NCBI GenBank assembly: GCA_016301965.1
Contig: JAEDOO010000001.1
Coordinates: forward strand, 4,283-68,282
Length of the DNA stretch: 64,000 bases
Origin: Lachnospiraceae bacterium
Lineage (GTDB): Bacteria; Bacillota; Clostridia; Lachnospirales; Lachnospiraceae
Reading direction: 5' to 3'
Shown here: positions 46,484 through 55,557 of the stretch, piece by piece
Layout: each line of letters begins with the position of its first letter
How positions within the stretch are numbered: position 1 is the first letter of the stretch
Notes under the pieces: generated by a model
The model's input: only the letters and a program-made list of their open reading frames with translations
Databases searched by the model: none
What the model was told of the DNA's origin: nothing
Made by a program: the position numbers and the translations under genes

Positions 46484-48193
46484 ATGAAAGAAGTGAAGAT
46501 GACGAAACGTATCAACAGTTTTCTGCTCATGGCTTTGACGGCTGTGCTGGCGATTCTTCTGACGATCACGGGGGTTCGCGCGGACAATGTGATTGCGAAT
46601 GCGAATCCGAAAGATGATGGCAGTGCGGTAAGTATCAGTGTTAAGACGGAAAAAGCCTACAAGAACATCAAAGTACAGATCTATCATAGTGACGAGGATA
46701 TTTCCAAAGCCACATGGCATGAACTGACGTATACGGGCTCCGATAATCTCTGGTCTGCAGTGATCCCTGCAGATAAATTTTCTAATGAGAAGACGGGTGA
46801 ATTTTATTATTGCGTATGGGGCATTGCAGGAGAGGATACAGATGAATATCTGACAAAGGGAATGTTCGAACTGAAAGATCTTCCCCTTTCGGTAACCGGA
46901 TCGGATGCCAACGGAGTTAAAAACACCTTTAAAGTAACCGTAGCCGGTCTGGAGAAGAGTAAAAATGTTTCTAAAGTTAAGCTGGAAGTAACAGCTGGAA
47001 ATAAAGCGGCGTACACGTATACACCGTCTCTTCAGAAAGATGGTACATATCAGACCGAAGTAAAACTTTCCAATCATAAGTATTACTGGGGAAAATATTC
47101 TCTTAAAGCTACCATATCTTTGGAGGATGGAAAGACAAGAACCGTAAGCGGAGAATATAATTTTGATCCTCAGAATTATTATCGTATAGGCAAAGGGAAC
47201 GATGATAAAAGCCGTACATTTTATGCCAGCAATCTTACGGTAAAGGGCAGTAAAGTTACTGTGGAGCTGTGGAGTAAGACAAATGGCCGCGATGATGTGA
47301 CAACATATACGATGAAGAAAGAAGGCAGACTGTATAAGGTTGTTGTAAATCTGACAAAACTGAAACACCAGGGTATTGCTTATTTCCGTGTGAAAGTGGA
47401 TGGTAAACAGTGCGGGGCCGATTTTGAATACAAGATTCCCGCAAATGTTGTGAAGAAAAACGGCTGGTATTACGAAAAGTACAATGGCACGACCTATAAA
47501 TTTTATTATGAGAATGGTGTGAAACGAAAAGATGTTTCCAGCCTGATCAAAAACAAAAAATATATGATCGAGCTGAATCGCGCTGCCTGTGTCGCTACTG
47601 TGCTTGCTTATGATTCCCAGAAAAAGACTTATTGTATTCCGGTTAAAGCATTTACGGTTTCTGTCGGAAGTGATGTGTCCAGCACAAAAACTTCCAAGGG
47701 ATTGACATTGAAATCCAGATTTACACCACTGGGTACATATTCCGTATGCTCCAATGGCAAAGCGGTCCGGTATTCTATGAAGACTATGGTAGAACCGGAT
47801 AAGAGCCGGGTATATGCAAGATGGGCAACGCACCTTGTAGGAAATGTGTATTTCCATGCAATCGCTGTCAGCAAAAATTCACATAAGGCATTGAATTACA
47901 AAACATACAATAAGCTGGGATCTCCCGCTTCTGCCGGATGTATCCGTATGACGGTAGCGGATGCAAAGTGGATTTACGATAATATTAAGACCGGTACCAA
48001 GGTTAAGATCATCAAAGGAAGTAAAAATACACCTGGACCGCTGGGTAAACCGGCAACAATCCGAATCAAATCTTCGAAAGTGAAATATGATCCTACGGAT
48101 CCGGCTATTTCTGATTCCACAAAACAGAAAGACTATAAGGCGGGCAGAATCACCGGTTATATGAAGAAAAACGGAACAAAAGTCGGTTATTGA
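46484..48193 (+). CDS. secreted L,D-transpeptidase (YkuD domain) with Bsp-like repeats and a cell-wall-binding repeat
   Basis: Signal peptide. Repeats of the type VTVELWSKTNGRDDVTTY. A GWYYEKYNGTTYKFYYENG repeat. YkuD catalytic motif HAIAVS...SPASAGCIRM. Confidence 0.85.
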   Translation: MKEVKMTKRINSFLLMALTAVLAILLTITGVRADNVIANANPKDDGSAVSISVKTEKAYKNIKVQIYHSDEDISKATWHELTYTGSDNLWSAVIPADKFSNEKTGEFYYCVWGIAGEDTDEYLTKGMFELKDLPLSVTGSDANGVKNTFKVTVAGLEKSKNVSKVKLEVTAGNKAAYTYTPSLQKDGTYQTEVKLSNHKYYWGKYSLKATISLEDGKTRTVSGEYNFDPQNYYRIGKGNDDKSRTFYASNLTVKGSKVTVELWSKTNGRDDVTTYTMKKEGRLYKVVVNLTKLKHQGIAYFRVKVDGKQCGADFEYKIPANVVKKNGWYYEKYNGTTYKFYYENGVKRKDVSSLIKNKKYMIELNRAACVATVLAYDSQKKTYCIPVKAFTVSVGSDVSSTKTSKGLTLKSRFTPLGTYSVCSNGKAVRYSMKTMVEPDKSRVYARWATHLVGNVYFHAIAVSKNSHKALNYKTYNKLGSPASAGCIRMTVADAKWIYDNIKTGTKVKIIKGSKNTPGPLGKPATIRIKSSKVKYDPTDPAISDSTKQKDYKAGRITGYMKKNGTKVGY

Positions 48194-48223
48194 TAACTTT
48201 ATAAAAAGAGACCGAAAGGGATC

Positions 48224-48298
48224 AAAAAAGGGGCCGCTGCAATTTGCAGCGGCTCCTTTTGACACCGGACCAAACCGGCCGGGATAACAAACCGGCCG
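48224..48298. terminator. bidirectional terminator region between the transpeptidase (+) and PHP (-) genes
   Basis: 12-bp stem ggggccgctgca/tgcagcggctcc flanked by A6 and T4, plus a second hairpin built on two ccggccgg palindromes. Confidence 0.7.
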
Positions 48299-48299
48299 G

Positions 48300-49010
48300 T
48301 CAGCGGATGAGATACCGCTTTAATTTGACAGGATCCAGATTTAGGATCAACCGGTCGGGAATGCCGCATTCCCGAAGGAGTGGTTCGATATGGCGAAAAT
48401 CACCGACATGGTCAGCGCCATGGCTATCGCTGGATAAAAGAATGGGATGGTCAAGCTTTTTACACAAAGTAAGAATCTTACGAACATTATCCCGGGTGTC
48501 GCCGCGGTAGCCTTTCGGTGAAAGCGAGCTGTCATTGATCTCCAGAAGAACACGGTAAGAAACAGCGGCCTCTGTCAGGGCTTCATAATCTGCCGGATAG
48601 TGAGCGTCATCACAATGTCCGATCACGGAAACGTAGGGATTTTTCATGGCACCAATATAGGCGGCTGTGTTTTCTTCCAGGGTTCCGGGACGCAGATTTG
48701 GACGATGCATGCTGGCAATGGCATAATCCAGACCCGACAGAGTTACAGAATCCATATCTACCCGTCCTGTATAATCCAGAATATTCAATTCTATACCATA
48801 TAAAAGCTCCACGCCGCAGCGAAACTTCGGTGCCATGGAAAGACTGCGGAAATAGGATACTGTTCCGGCACACATAGTAGACGGCGCATGGTCGGACACC
48901 CCGAGAAGTGTAAGTCCCCGGGCTTTTGCAGTCTTAGCCAGATCTGTAATGGTAGCCTGAGTGGCATGACCGCTGGCAATGGAATGTGTATGAATATCTG
49001 CATAGTACAT
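48300..49010 (-). CDS. PHP-domain metal-dependent phosphoesterase (YcdX-like)
   Basis: MYYADIHTHSIASGHA, VSDHAP and SSDSHGADHVGDF. Start at ATG 49010; track start 49040 is a less likely upstream ATG. Confidence 0.8.
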   Translation of the reverse strand: MYYADIHTHSIASGHATQATITDLAKTAKARGLTLLGVSDHAPSTMCAGTVSYFRSLSMAPKFRCGVELLYGIELNILDYTGRVDMDSVTLSGLDYAIASMHRPNLRPGTLEENTAAYIGAMKNPYVSVIGHCDDAHYPADYEALTEAAVSYRVLLEINDSSLSPKGYRGDTRDNVRKILTLCKKLDHPILLSSDSHGADHVGDFRHIEPLLRECGIPDRLILNLDPVKLKRYLIR

Positions 49011-49093
49011 AAAATCATCTCCTATAAAAGAGTTGCACAAAAATACATTTTAAGTATGAGGCAAACTGTATAAAAAGTCAATAGTTTATGAAG

Positions 49094-49154
49094 AAAACAA
49101 CGGAAAACAAAATATGAATCCGAAAAAGCAACACCTAAAACAACATAAAACAAT
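49094..49154 (+). repeat. A/C-rich tract with four AAAACAA[C/A/T] direct repeats in two 10-nt-spaced pairs
   Basis: AAAACAAC at 49094, AAAACAAA at 49104, AAAACAAC at 49137, AAAACAAT at 49147. The tract lies upstream of BMC promoter P1. Confidence 0.6.
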
Positions 49155-49185
49155 AAAAACAAAAGAGAAAGTTATGAGGTAATTG

Positions 49186-49214
49186 TTGACTTTGACTATT
49201 GCATAAGATATAAT
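49186..49214 (+). promoter_or_regulatory. BMC locus promoter P1 (near-consensus sigma-A)
   Basis: TTGACT (49186-49191), 17-nt spacer, TATAAT (49209-49214). Confidence 0.65.
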
Positions 49215-49277
49215 GTTTATCAGCATAAAGTATAGTGTGCGGGACTGTTGTCGAGAAAAAATCACGGAGGTTGCGTA

Positions 49278-50069
49278 ATGGGTTATCTGGATACAAAAGG
49301 ACGAATATTTGATATCCAGCGTTTCTCAGTACATGATGGCCCGGGTATCCGGACGATCGTGTTCCTGAAGGGATGTCCTCTGCGCTGCCAGTGGTGCTGC
49401 AATCCCGAGTCGCAGTCCAGAGATATTGAGACCATGCGGGTAGCCGGAGAGACAAAGATCATCGGACAGGATGTTACCGTGGCACAGGTCATGGCGACAG
49501 TGGAGAAGGACAGATCCTACTACCGCAGATCCGGCGGAGGGCTTACCCTTTCCGGCGGAGAAGCTACCATGCAGCCGCAGTTTGCTGCAGACCTTCTGCA
49601 GGCGGCCAAAATGTCCGGCATCGGCACGGCCATGGAAAGTATGGGGTGCTGCCCGTATAAGAGTCTTGAACTGATTCTTCCCTGGCTGGATACATATCTG
49701 ATGGATATCAAACACACAGATCCGGAAAAACATAAAGCCTTTACCGGTGTCCGCAATGAGCTGATGCTGGAAAATGCCAGAAAAGTTGCTGTTTCCGGTA
49801 TGGCTGAGCTGGTGATCCGGGTTCCTGTGATACCTACGTTCAACGATACGAAAAAGGAGATCCAGGACATAGCCGTATTTGCCGGTCAGCTTCCGGGGGT
49901 CAGAAGGATACATCTTCTTCCATATCATCGTCTGGGCAGTGAAAAATACATCGGCCTTGATCGTGTATATAAGATGGATGAGATCATACCACCGGAAATG
50001 GATCATATGCTTATGCTGAAGGACGCAGTTGAGATGGTTTCTGATCTTGATTGCCGGATCGGCGGATAA
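49278..50069 (+). CDS. glycyl-radical enzyme activating protein (radical SAM)
   Basis: 263 aa. RFSVHDGPGIRTIVFLKGCPLRCQWCCNPES contains the CxxxCxxC motif. ATG 49278 follows GGAGG. Confidence 0.88.
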   Translation: MGYLDTKGRIFDIQRFSVHDGPGIRTIVFLKGCPLRCQWCCNPESQSRDIETMRVAGETKIIGQDVTVAQVMATVEKDRSYYRRSGGGLTLSGGEATMQPQFAADLLQAAKMSGIGTAMESMGCCPYKSLELILPWLDTYLMDIKHTDPEKHKAFTGVRNELMLENARKVAVSGMAELVIRVPVIPTFNDTKKEIQDIAVFAGQLPGVRRIHLLPYHRLGSEKYIGLDRVYKMDEIIPPEMDHMLMLKDAVEMVSDLDCRIGG

Positions 50070-50117
50070 CTTATCCGGGATCCTGAAAGTGCGGTGATAT
50101 ACCGCAGGAGGATAAAT

Positions 50118-50495
50118 ATGGGTTATACAGACAATATGAGCCCTGAAGTCAAACAGAGGATCGTACAGGAACTGGTACCTGGTAAACAGATATCCCTGGC
50201 ACATATTATCGCGAATCCGGATCGGATCATGTATGAAAAGCTTGGTCTGGATCCGTCTGTAGATTACGCAAAGTCTGCCATTGGTATTCTGACGGTCAGT
50301 CCGTCAGAGACGGCTATCATTATGGGGGATATCGCGGTGAAGTCTTCCGGTATCGATCTTGGATTTGTGGATCGTTTTAGCGGCAGCCTGATCATCACAG
50401 GAACTGTTTCTGAGGTAGAGGCTTCGGTTAACGCAATTCTGGATTACGTAGGCAATACTCTTGGATTTGCCGTCTGCCCGGTCACAAGGACCTGA
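50118..50495 (+). CDS. pduU: BMC shell protein, circularly permuted PduU/EutS type
   Basis: ELVPGKQISLAHIIANP, AIGILTVSP, GFVDRFSGSLIITG and ..VTRT. ATG follows AGGAGG. Confidence 0.85.
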   Translation: MGYTDNMSPEVKQRIVQELVPGKQISLAHIIANPDRIMYEKLGLDPSVDYAKSAIGILTVSPSETAIIMGDIAVKSSGIDLGFVDRFSGSLIITGTVSEVEASVNAILDYVGNTLGFAVCPVTRT

Positions 50496-50502
50496 TGATA
50501 CT

Positions 50503-50988
50503 ATGAAGAAGATCGTACTGATGGGCCGCAGTGAGGCAGGAAAGACCACACTCACTCAGGCACTCAAAGGAGAAAAGATACATTATCATAAGACCCAGTA
50601 TGTTAATAACTTTGATGTGATCATCGATACACCGGGCGAATACGCCCAGACAGCCAAACTTGGACATGCGCTGGCGCTGTATTCCTATGAAGGCGATGTA
50701 GTTGGCCTTCTGTGTTCGGCCATTGAACCATATTCCCTTTATCCACCCTGCATTACCTGCATGTGCAACAGGGAAGTGATCGGTATAGTGACCAAGATCA
50801 ATCATCCCAAAGCCAATCCCGAGAGAGCGGAGCGGTGGCTGAGGCTGGCCGGCTGTAAAGATGTGTTCTGGGTGGATTCTCATCTGGGACAGGGAATCCC
50901 GGAAATTCTGGAACATTTGAGGGAACCGGGCGATGTGATGCCCTGGGAAAAGGAAGAAAACCAACAAAACCCAACACAAACCAGATAA
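50503..50988 (+). CDS. pduV: EutP/PduV-family small GTPase
   Basis: MKKIVLMGRSEAGKTTLTQAL and IDTPGEY. 161 aa. Confidence 0.85.
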   Translation: MKKIVLMGRSEAGKTTLTQALKGEKIHYHKTQYVNNFDVIIDTPGEYAQTAKLGHALALYSYEGDVVGLLCSAIEPYSLYPPCITCMCNREVIGIVTKINHPKANPERAERWLRLAGCKDVFWVDSHLGQGIPEILEHLREPGDVMPWEKEENQQNPTQTR

Positions 50989-51058
50989 AACAACTACAAA
51001 ACAACATAATTTGAATTGACACCCTGCAGCATGGAGGGTATAATGTCAATAGATTCAA
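50987..51058 (+). promoter_or_regulatory. BMC locus internal promoter P2 (consensus sigma-A) with flanking repeats
   Basis: AAAACAAC x2 (50987 and 50998). TTGACA (51016-51021), 17-nt spacer, TATAAT (51039-51044). The promoter is bracketed by the imperfect inverted repeat ttgaattgaca ... tgtcaatagattcaa. Confidence 0.65.
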
Positions 51059-51091
51059 AAGAAACCAACTATTTTCAAGGAGGAAATGAAA

Positions 51092-51928
51092 ATGCAAAAC
51101 GAATTTGAAATCAAAAAACAAATTTGTGAGATCGGTCGCAGAATCTACAACAAAGGTATGGTAGCAGCTAATGATGGTAACATCTCCGTTAAGCTGTCCG
51201 ACAATGAGTTCCTTTGTACACCTACTGGTGTATCCAAAGGTTTCATGACACCGGAGTATATCTGCAAGGTTGATAAAGAAGGTAAAGTGATCCAGGCTAA
51301 CCCGGGATTCAGACCGTCTTCCGAGATCAAAATGCACATGAGAGTTTATTCTAAGAGACCGGACGTTGGTGCTGTAGTTCATGCTCATCCGCTGTATGCT
51401 ACATCCTTCGCTATTGCCGGTATCCCGCTGACACAGCCGATCATGCCGGAAGCTGTTATCGCTCTTGGCTGCGTTCCGATCGCTGAGTACGGTACACCGT
51501 CCACAATGGAGATCCCGGACAATGTTGAAAAATATCTTCCGTACTTCGATGCAGTTCTGCTGGAGAGCCATGGTGCTCTGACCTGGTCTACAGACCTTCT
51601 GGCTGCATACATGAAGATGGAGTCTGTTGAGTTCTACGCACAGCTGCTGTATCAGTCCAAGGTTCTGGGAGGACCGAAGGAATTCGATTCCAAGACAGTT
51701 GAGAGACTGTATGAGATCAGAAGACAGATGGGTCTTCCGGGCAAACATCCGGCAAACCTGTGCCAGAACAAAGGCGAGAAGAACTGCCACAACTGTGGCG
51801 GCGGATGTCATTCCAGCAGCAATCTGGGCGCTTGCACAGGCAGTGTACAGGCTGATCCGAACGCAACAAACGCAGACCTGGTTACAGCTATCACAAAGAA
51901 AGTAATGGCTCAGCTGGGACTTCAGTAA
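51092..51928 (+). CDS. class II (fuculose/rhamnulose-1-phosphate type) aldolase with Cys/His-rich linker and C-terminal encapsulation peptide
   Basis: ANDGNISVKL, PSSEIKMHMRVY, VVHAHP and LLESHGALTW. A C-terminal ~55-aa extension ends in ADLVTAITKKVMAQLGLQ. ATG 51092 lies 8 nt after GGAGG (the track start is 51086). Confidence 0.88.
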   Translation: MQNEFEIKKQICEIGRRIYNKGMVAANDGNISVKLSDNEFLCTPTGVSKGFMTPEYICKVDKEGKVIQANPGFRPSSEIKMHMRVYSKRPDVGAVVHAHPLYATSFAIAGIPLTQPIMPEAVIALGCVPIAEYGTPSTMEIPDNVEKYLPYFDAVLLESHGALTWSTDLLAAYMKMESVEFYAQLLYQSKVLGGPKEFDSKTVERLYEIRRQMGLPGKHPANLCQNKGEKNCHNCGGGCHSSSNLGACTGSVQADPNATNADLVTAITKKVMAQLGLQ

Positions 51929-51946
51929 GACTGGGGGGAATAACTC

Positions 51947-53335
51947 GTGGCAGTAAATGAGAGCATGGTACAGGATATCGTGAAAGAGGTTATGGCAAAG
52001 ATGCAGCTGGCATCCGCACCGACCGGTAATCACGGTGTATTTCAGGACATGAACGAAGCGATCGAGGCTGCCAAAAAGTCTCAGAAGATCGTTCGCAGAA
52101 TGTCCATGGACCAGAGAGAACAGATCATTTCTGTTATCCGCAGAAAGACAAGAGAAAATGCAGAGATTCTGGCCCGCATGGGTGTGGACGAGACTGGAAT
52201 GGGTAACGTGCCGCACAAGATTCTGAAACATCAGCTGGTAGCTGAAAAAGTTCCGGGAACTGAAGATATCACCACACAGGCTTTCTCTGGTGACCGTGGA
52301 CTGACTCTGGTAGAGATGGGACCCTTTGGGGTTATCGGTGCGATCACACCGTGTACAAACCCCAGTGAGACAGTTCTGTGCAATACCATGGGTATGTTCG
52401 CCGGCGGAAATACAGTAGTATTCAATCCGCATCCGGCAGCAATCAAAACATCTATCTACGCAGTTAACATGGTAAACGAAGCTTCTCTGGAATGCGGCGG
52501 ACCGGACAACATCGCGGTTACCGTAGAGAAACCCACCATGGAGACCAGCGCTATCATGATGAAACATCCGGACATCCCGCTGATCGCGGCAACAGGTGGC
52601 CCGGGCGTTGTTACCGCCGTTCTTTCTTCCGGTAAGAGAGGTATCGGCGCAGGTGCCGGAAATCCGCCGGCACTGGTAGATGAGACAGCAGATATCCGCA
52701 AAGCTGCAGAAGACATCGTTAACGGATGTACATTCGATAACAATCTTCCTTGTATCGCCGAGAAAGAGATCGTTGCCGTTTCTTCTATCGCAGATGAACT
52801 GATGTACTATATGCTGAATGAGCAGGGCTGCTACCTGATCAACGAAGAACAGCAGAAACAGCTGACAGACGTTGTATTAAAGGGCGGCAGACTGAACCGT
52901 AAATGTGTCGGCAGAAGCGCTAAGGTTCTGCTTTCCATGATCGGTATTGATGTTCCGGACAATATCCGCTGCATCACATTCTTCGGCGAAAAAGAACATC
53001 CGCTGATCACAGAAGAGCTGATGATGCCGATCCTTGGTATTGTCAGAGTAAAAGACTTCGAGGAAGGACTTGCCACAGCTAAGTGGCTGGAGCATGGCAA
53101 CCGCCATTCTGCACATATCCATTCCAAGAATGTTGACCGTATCACGGAATATGCACGTGAGCTGGATACAGCCATCCTTGTAAAGAATGGTCCGTCCTAT
53201 GCAGCTCTGGGCTTCGGCGGTGAGAGCATCTGTACTTTCACTATTGCCAGCCGTACCGGCGAAGGTCTGACAAGTGCCAAGACATTCACCAAGGCAAGAC
53301 GCTGCGTAATGCAGGACAGCTTGTGCATTCGCTAA
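51947..53335 (+). CDS. CoA-acylating aldehyde dehydrogenase (PduP/EutE family) with N-terminal encapsulation peptide
   Basis: N-terminal MVQDIVKEVMAKMQL and catalytic Cys in NNLPCIAEKE. GTG start after GGGGGGA. Confidence 0.88.
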   Translation: MAVNESMVQDIVKEVMAKMQLASAPTGNHGVFQDMNEAIEAAKKSQKIVRRMSMDQREQIISVIRRKTRENAEILARMGVDETGMGNVPHKILKHQLVAEKVPGTEDITTQAFSGDRGLTLVEMGPFGVIGAITPCTNPSETVLCNTMGMFAGGNTVVFNPHPAAIKTSIYAVNMVNEASLECGGPDNIAVTVEKPTMETSAIMMKHPDIPLIAATGGPGVVTAVLSSGKRGIGAGAGNPPALVDETADIRKAAEDIVNGCTFDNNLPCIAEKEIVAVSSIADELMYYMLNEQGCYLINEEQQKQLTDVVLKGGRLNRKCVGRSAKVLLSMIGIDVPDNIRCITFFGEKEHPLITEELMMPILGIVRVKDFEEGLATAKWLEHGNRHSAHIHSKNVDRITEYARELDTAILVKNGPSYAALGFGGESICTFTIASRTGEGLTSAKTFTKARRCVMQDSLCIR

Positions 53336-53352
53336 ACAGGAGGAACTAAAAA

Positions 53353-54582
53353 ATGGACGTAAATTCAATTAATATTGAAGATATCGTTAAACAGGTCCTG
53401 GCAGATATGACAGGAAAGGCTCCGGCAGCTGCAGCAGCTCCTGCAAGTGCTCCGGCAGCACAGGGCGGTATCCCGAAAACAGCACGTGTAGCTGTTCTTA
53501 CTGACCTGAAACATTTTGAACTTAAGGAATACCCGATCCCGCCGTTAGGCGATGATGATCTTCTTGTTAAAGTAGAGGGTTGTGGTGTCTGCGGTACAGA
53601 CGCTCATGAGTTCAAGGTTGATCCGTTCGGACTGATCCCGGTTGCTCTGGGACATGAAGGTACCGGTGAGATCGTTGCCATGGGTAAGAATGTTAAGACA
53701 GATACAGCCGGCAAGCCGGTTAAGGTTGGTGACAAGATCGTAACCTGTATGATTTTCAAGGATGATCCGGAGATCACCATGTTCGACCTGAACAAGAAAA
53801 ACGTTGGCGGTGCCGATGTATACGGTCTGCTTCCGGATGATGATATCCATCTGAACGGCTGGTTCGCTGATTATATCTTCGTAAGAGGCGGCAGCTTCGG
53901 ATCCACTTTCTTTAATGTAAGTGATCTGGATCTGGATTCCCGTATCCTGATCGAGCCCTGCGCAGTTCTGATCCACGCTGTGGAGAGAGCAAAAACTACA
54001 GGCATCCTGAAATTCAACAGCCGTGTAGCTGTTCAGGGATGCGGACCGATCGGTCTGATTTGTATCGCTATTCTGCGTACTATGGGTATCGAGAATATCG
54101 TTGCTATTGATGGTAATGAGCAGAGACTGGCATTCGCTAAGAGAATGGGTGCTGACAATTCTGTTAACTTCGCTAACTTCCAGGGCATCGAGGCTCTGAC
54201 AGAAGGCGTTAAAGACGCTTTCGGCGGACATCTGGCAGATTTCGCATTCCAGTGTACAGGTAATCCGAAGGCTCATGCCAATATTTACAAATTTATCCGT
54301 AACGGCGGCGGACTTTGCGAGCTTGGTTTCTTCATCAATGGTGGAGATGCTACGATCAATCCGCACTTCGATCTGTGTTCCAAAGAGATCAACCTGGTTG
54401 GTTCCTGGGTATACACACTGAGAGATTACGTTACCACATTTGATTTCCTGAAGAGAGCACAGGCCATCGGACTTCCGATGAAAGAACTTATCACTCATAA
54501 GTTCCCGCTTGAACAGATCAATGAGGCTCTTGAGACCAACCTTTCCATGAAAGGACTCAAGATTGCCGTCGTTAACAAATAA
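53353..54582 (+). CDS. zinc-dependent MDR alcohol dehydrogenase with N-terminal encapsulation peptide and Ala/Pro linker
   Basis: N-terminal INIEDIVKQVLADMTG, then APAAAAAPASAPAA. GCGVCGTDAHEF, GHEGTGEIV and a GCGPIGL Rossmann motif. Confidence 0.85.
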   Translation: MDVNSINIEDIVKQVLADMTGKAPAAAAAPASAPAAQGGIPKTARVAVLTDLKHFELKEYPIPPLGDDDLLVKVEGCGVCGTDAHEFKVDPFGLIPVALGHEGTGEIVAMGKNVKTDTAGKPVKVGDKIVTCMIFKDDPEITMFDLNKKNVGGADVYGLLPDDDIHLNGWFADYIFVRGGSFGSTFFNVSDLDLDSRILIEPCAVLIHAVERAKTTGILKFNSRVAVQGCGPIGLICIAILRTMGIENIVAIDGNEQRLAFAKRMGADNSVNFANFQGIEALTEGVKDAFGGHLADFAFQCTGNPKAHANIYKFIRNGGGLCELGFFINGGDATINPHFDLCSKEINLVGSWVYTLRDYVTTFDFLKRAQAIGLPMKELITHKFPLEQINEALETNLSMKGLKIAVVNK

Positions 54583-54604
54583 GATTAGTTAATCAGGTGA
54601 TAGT

Positions 54605-54922
54605 ATGGCAGAAGCTGTAGGATTATTAGAGGTTTACGGACTGACCACAGCCTTTCAGGCAGCAGACGCAGGCTGCAAGGCCGCAAATGTCCGTCTCGAA
54701 ATATTTGATAAAAACAAACCTGCACGAAATGCAGACAAAATGCCTGTTCCGCTGATCATCTGTGTGAAATTCCGCGGAAGTGTCCAGGACGTGACAGCGG
54801 CTGTGGAAGCGGGCATGGCAATCGCAGAGCAGGAGGCTGGTGTAGTGCAGCATTACGTCATCGCAAATCCTACAGAGGACTGCGAAAAAATGCTGAAGAT
54901 CAGCTGTCTTGACAAAGCTTGA
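54605..54922 (+). CDS. BMC-H shell protein with divergent pore-loop region
   Basis: AVGLLEVYGLTTAFQAADAGCKAANV... The BMC fold is recognisable, but the canonical K-I-G-S-G loop is replaced by FDKNKPARNADKMPVPL. Confidence 0.75.
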   Translation: MAEAVGLLEVYGLTTAFQAADAGCKAANVRLEIFDKNKPARNADKMPVPLIICVKFRGSVQDVTAAVEAGMAIAEQEAGVVQHYVIANPTEDCEKMLKISCLDKA

Positions 54923-54958
54923 CGAAAAAAGTAAACCATTGTTCAGGAGGAAAGAAAC

Positions 54959-55234
54959 ATGGCTAAAGAAGCATTAGGAATGATTGAGACCAGAGGTCTT
55001 ACTGCTGCTATCGAAGCTGCAGATGCAATGAGCAAAGCAGCAGAGGTTGCTCTGGTAGGAACAGAGAAGATCGGTTCCGGTCTGGTAACCGTTATGGTTC
55101 GTGGTGATGTAGGTGCCGTTAAGGCTGCCGTAGAAGCTGGAAGCGCAGCAGCATCCAGACTTGGCGAGCTGGTAGCTACACATGTAATCCCGAGACCGCA
55201 TGAGGACGTTGAGAAGATCCTTCCGAGAATCTGA
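54959..55234 (+). CDS. pduA: BMC-H shell protein (PduA/EutM type)
   Basis: [58 protein letters not shown]. Confidence 0.92.
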   Translation: MAKEALGMIETRGLTAAIEAADAMSKAAEVALVGTEKIGSGLVTVMVRGDVGAVKAAVEAGSAAASRLGELVATHVIPRPHEDVEKILPRI

Positions 55235-55258
55235 TCCTGAGACATCATTGGAGGAATC

Positions 55259-55546
55259 ATGGGAAAATCATATGGCTTTTTTGAAGTACCCGGTGTCGTA
55301 GCAGCTATGGATGCACTGGATATTATGTGCAAAACATCAGATGTTGTACTGGCCAGCTGGGAACGTAAGATGGGTGGCCGTCTGGTAACCCTGATTATTG
55401 AAGGAGATGTATCTTCTGTTCAGCAGGCAATCGATGCGGCATGTGAAAAGTGTATCAAAAAACCTGCTTGTCACGCAGTCATAGCACGTCCCCATGAAGA
55501 GATCGTACGTATCGTTGAGCGCAGCGCGAAACGGTGGAAGAAGTAG
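55259..55546 (+). CDS. BMC-H shell protein (divergent)
   Basis: [50 protein letters not shown]. Confidence 0.8.
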   Translation: MGKSYGFFEVPGVVAAMDALDIMCKTSDVVLASWERKMGGRLVTLIIEGDVSSVQQAIDAACEKCIKKPACHAVIARPHEEIVRIVERSAKRWKK

Positions 55547-55557
55547 GGGGACACGAC

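Noticed and set aside
46463-47857. 464-aa minus-strand ORF
   Set aside because: It is antisense to the L,D-transpeptidase gene, which has a signal peptide, repeats and the YkuD motif. The composition is junk-like (Phe/Ile/Cys/Arg-rich).
50798-52567. 589-aa minus-strand ORF inside the BMC locus, considered as a candidate for the missing glycyl radical enzyme
   Set aside because: It is antisense to the well-supported pduV, aldolase and AldDH genes. Its translation is Cys/His/Arg/Ser/Phe-rich low-complexity sequence with no GRE motifs and no SD, which is typical of a shadow ORF.
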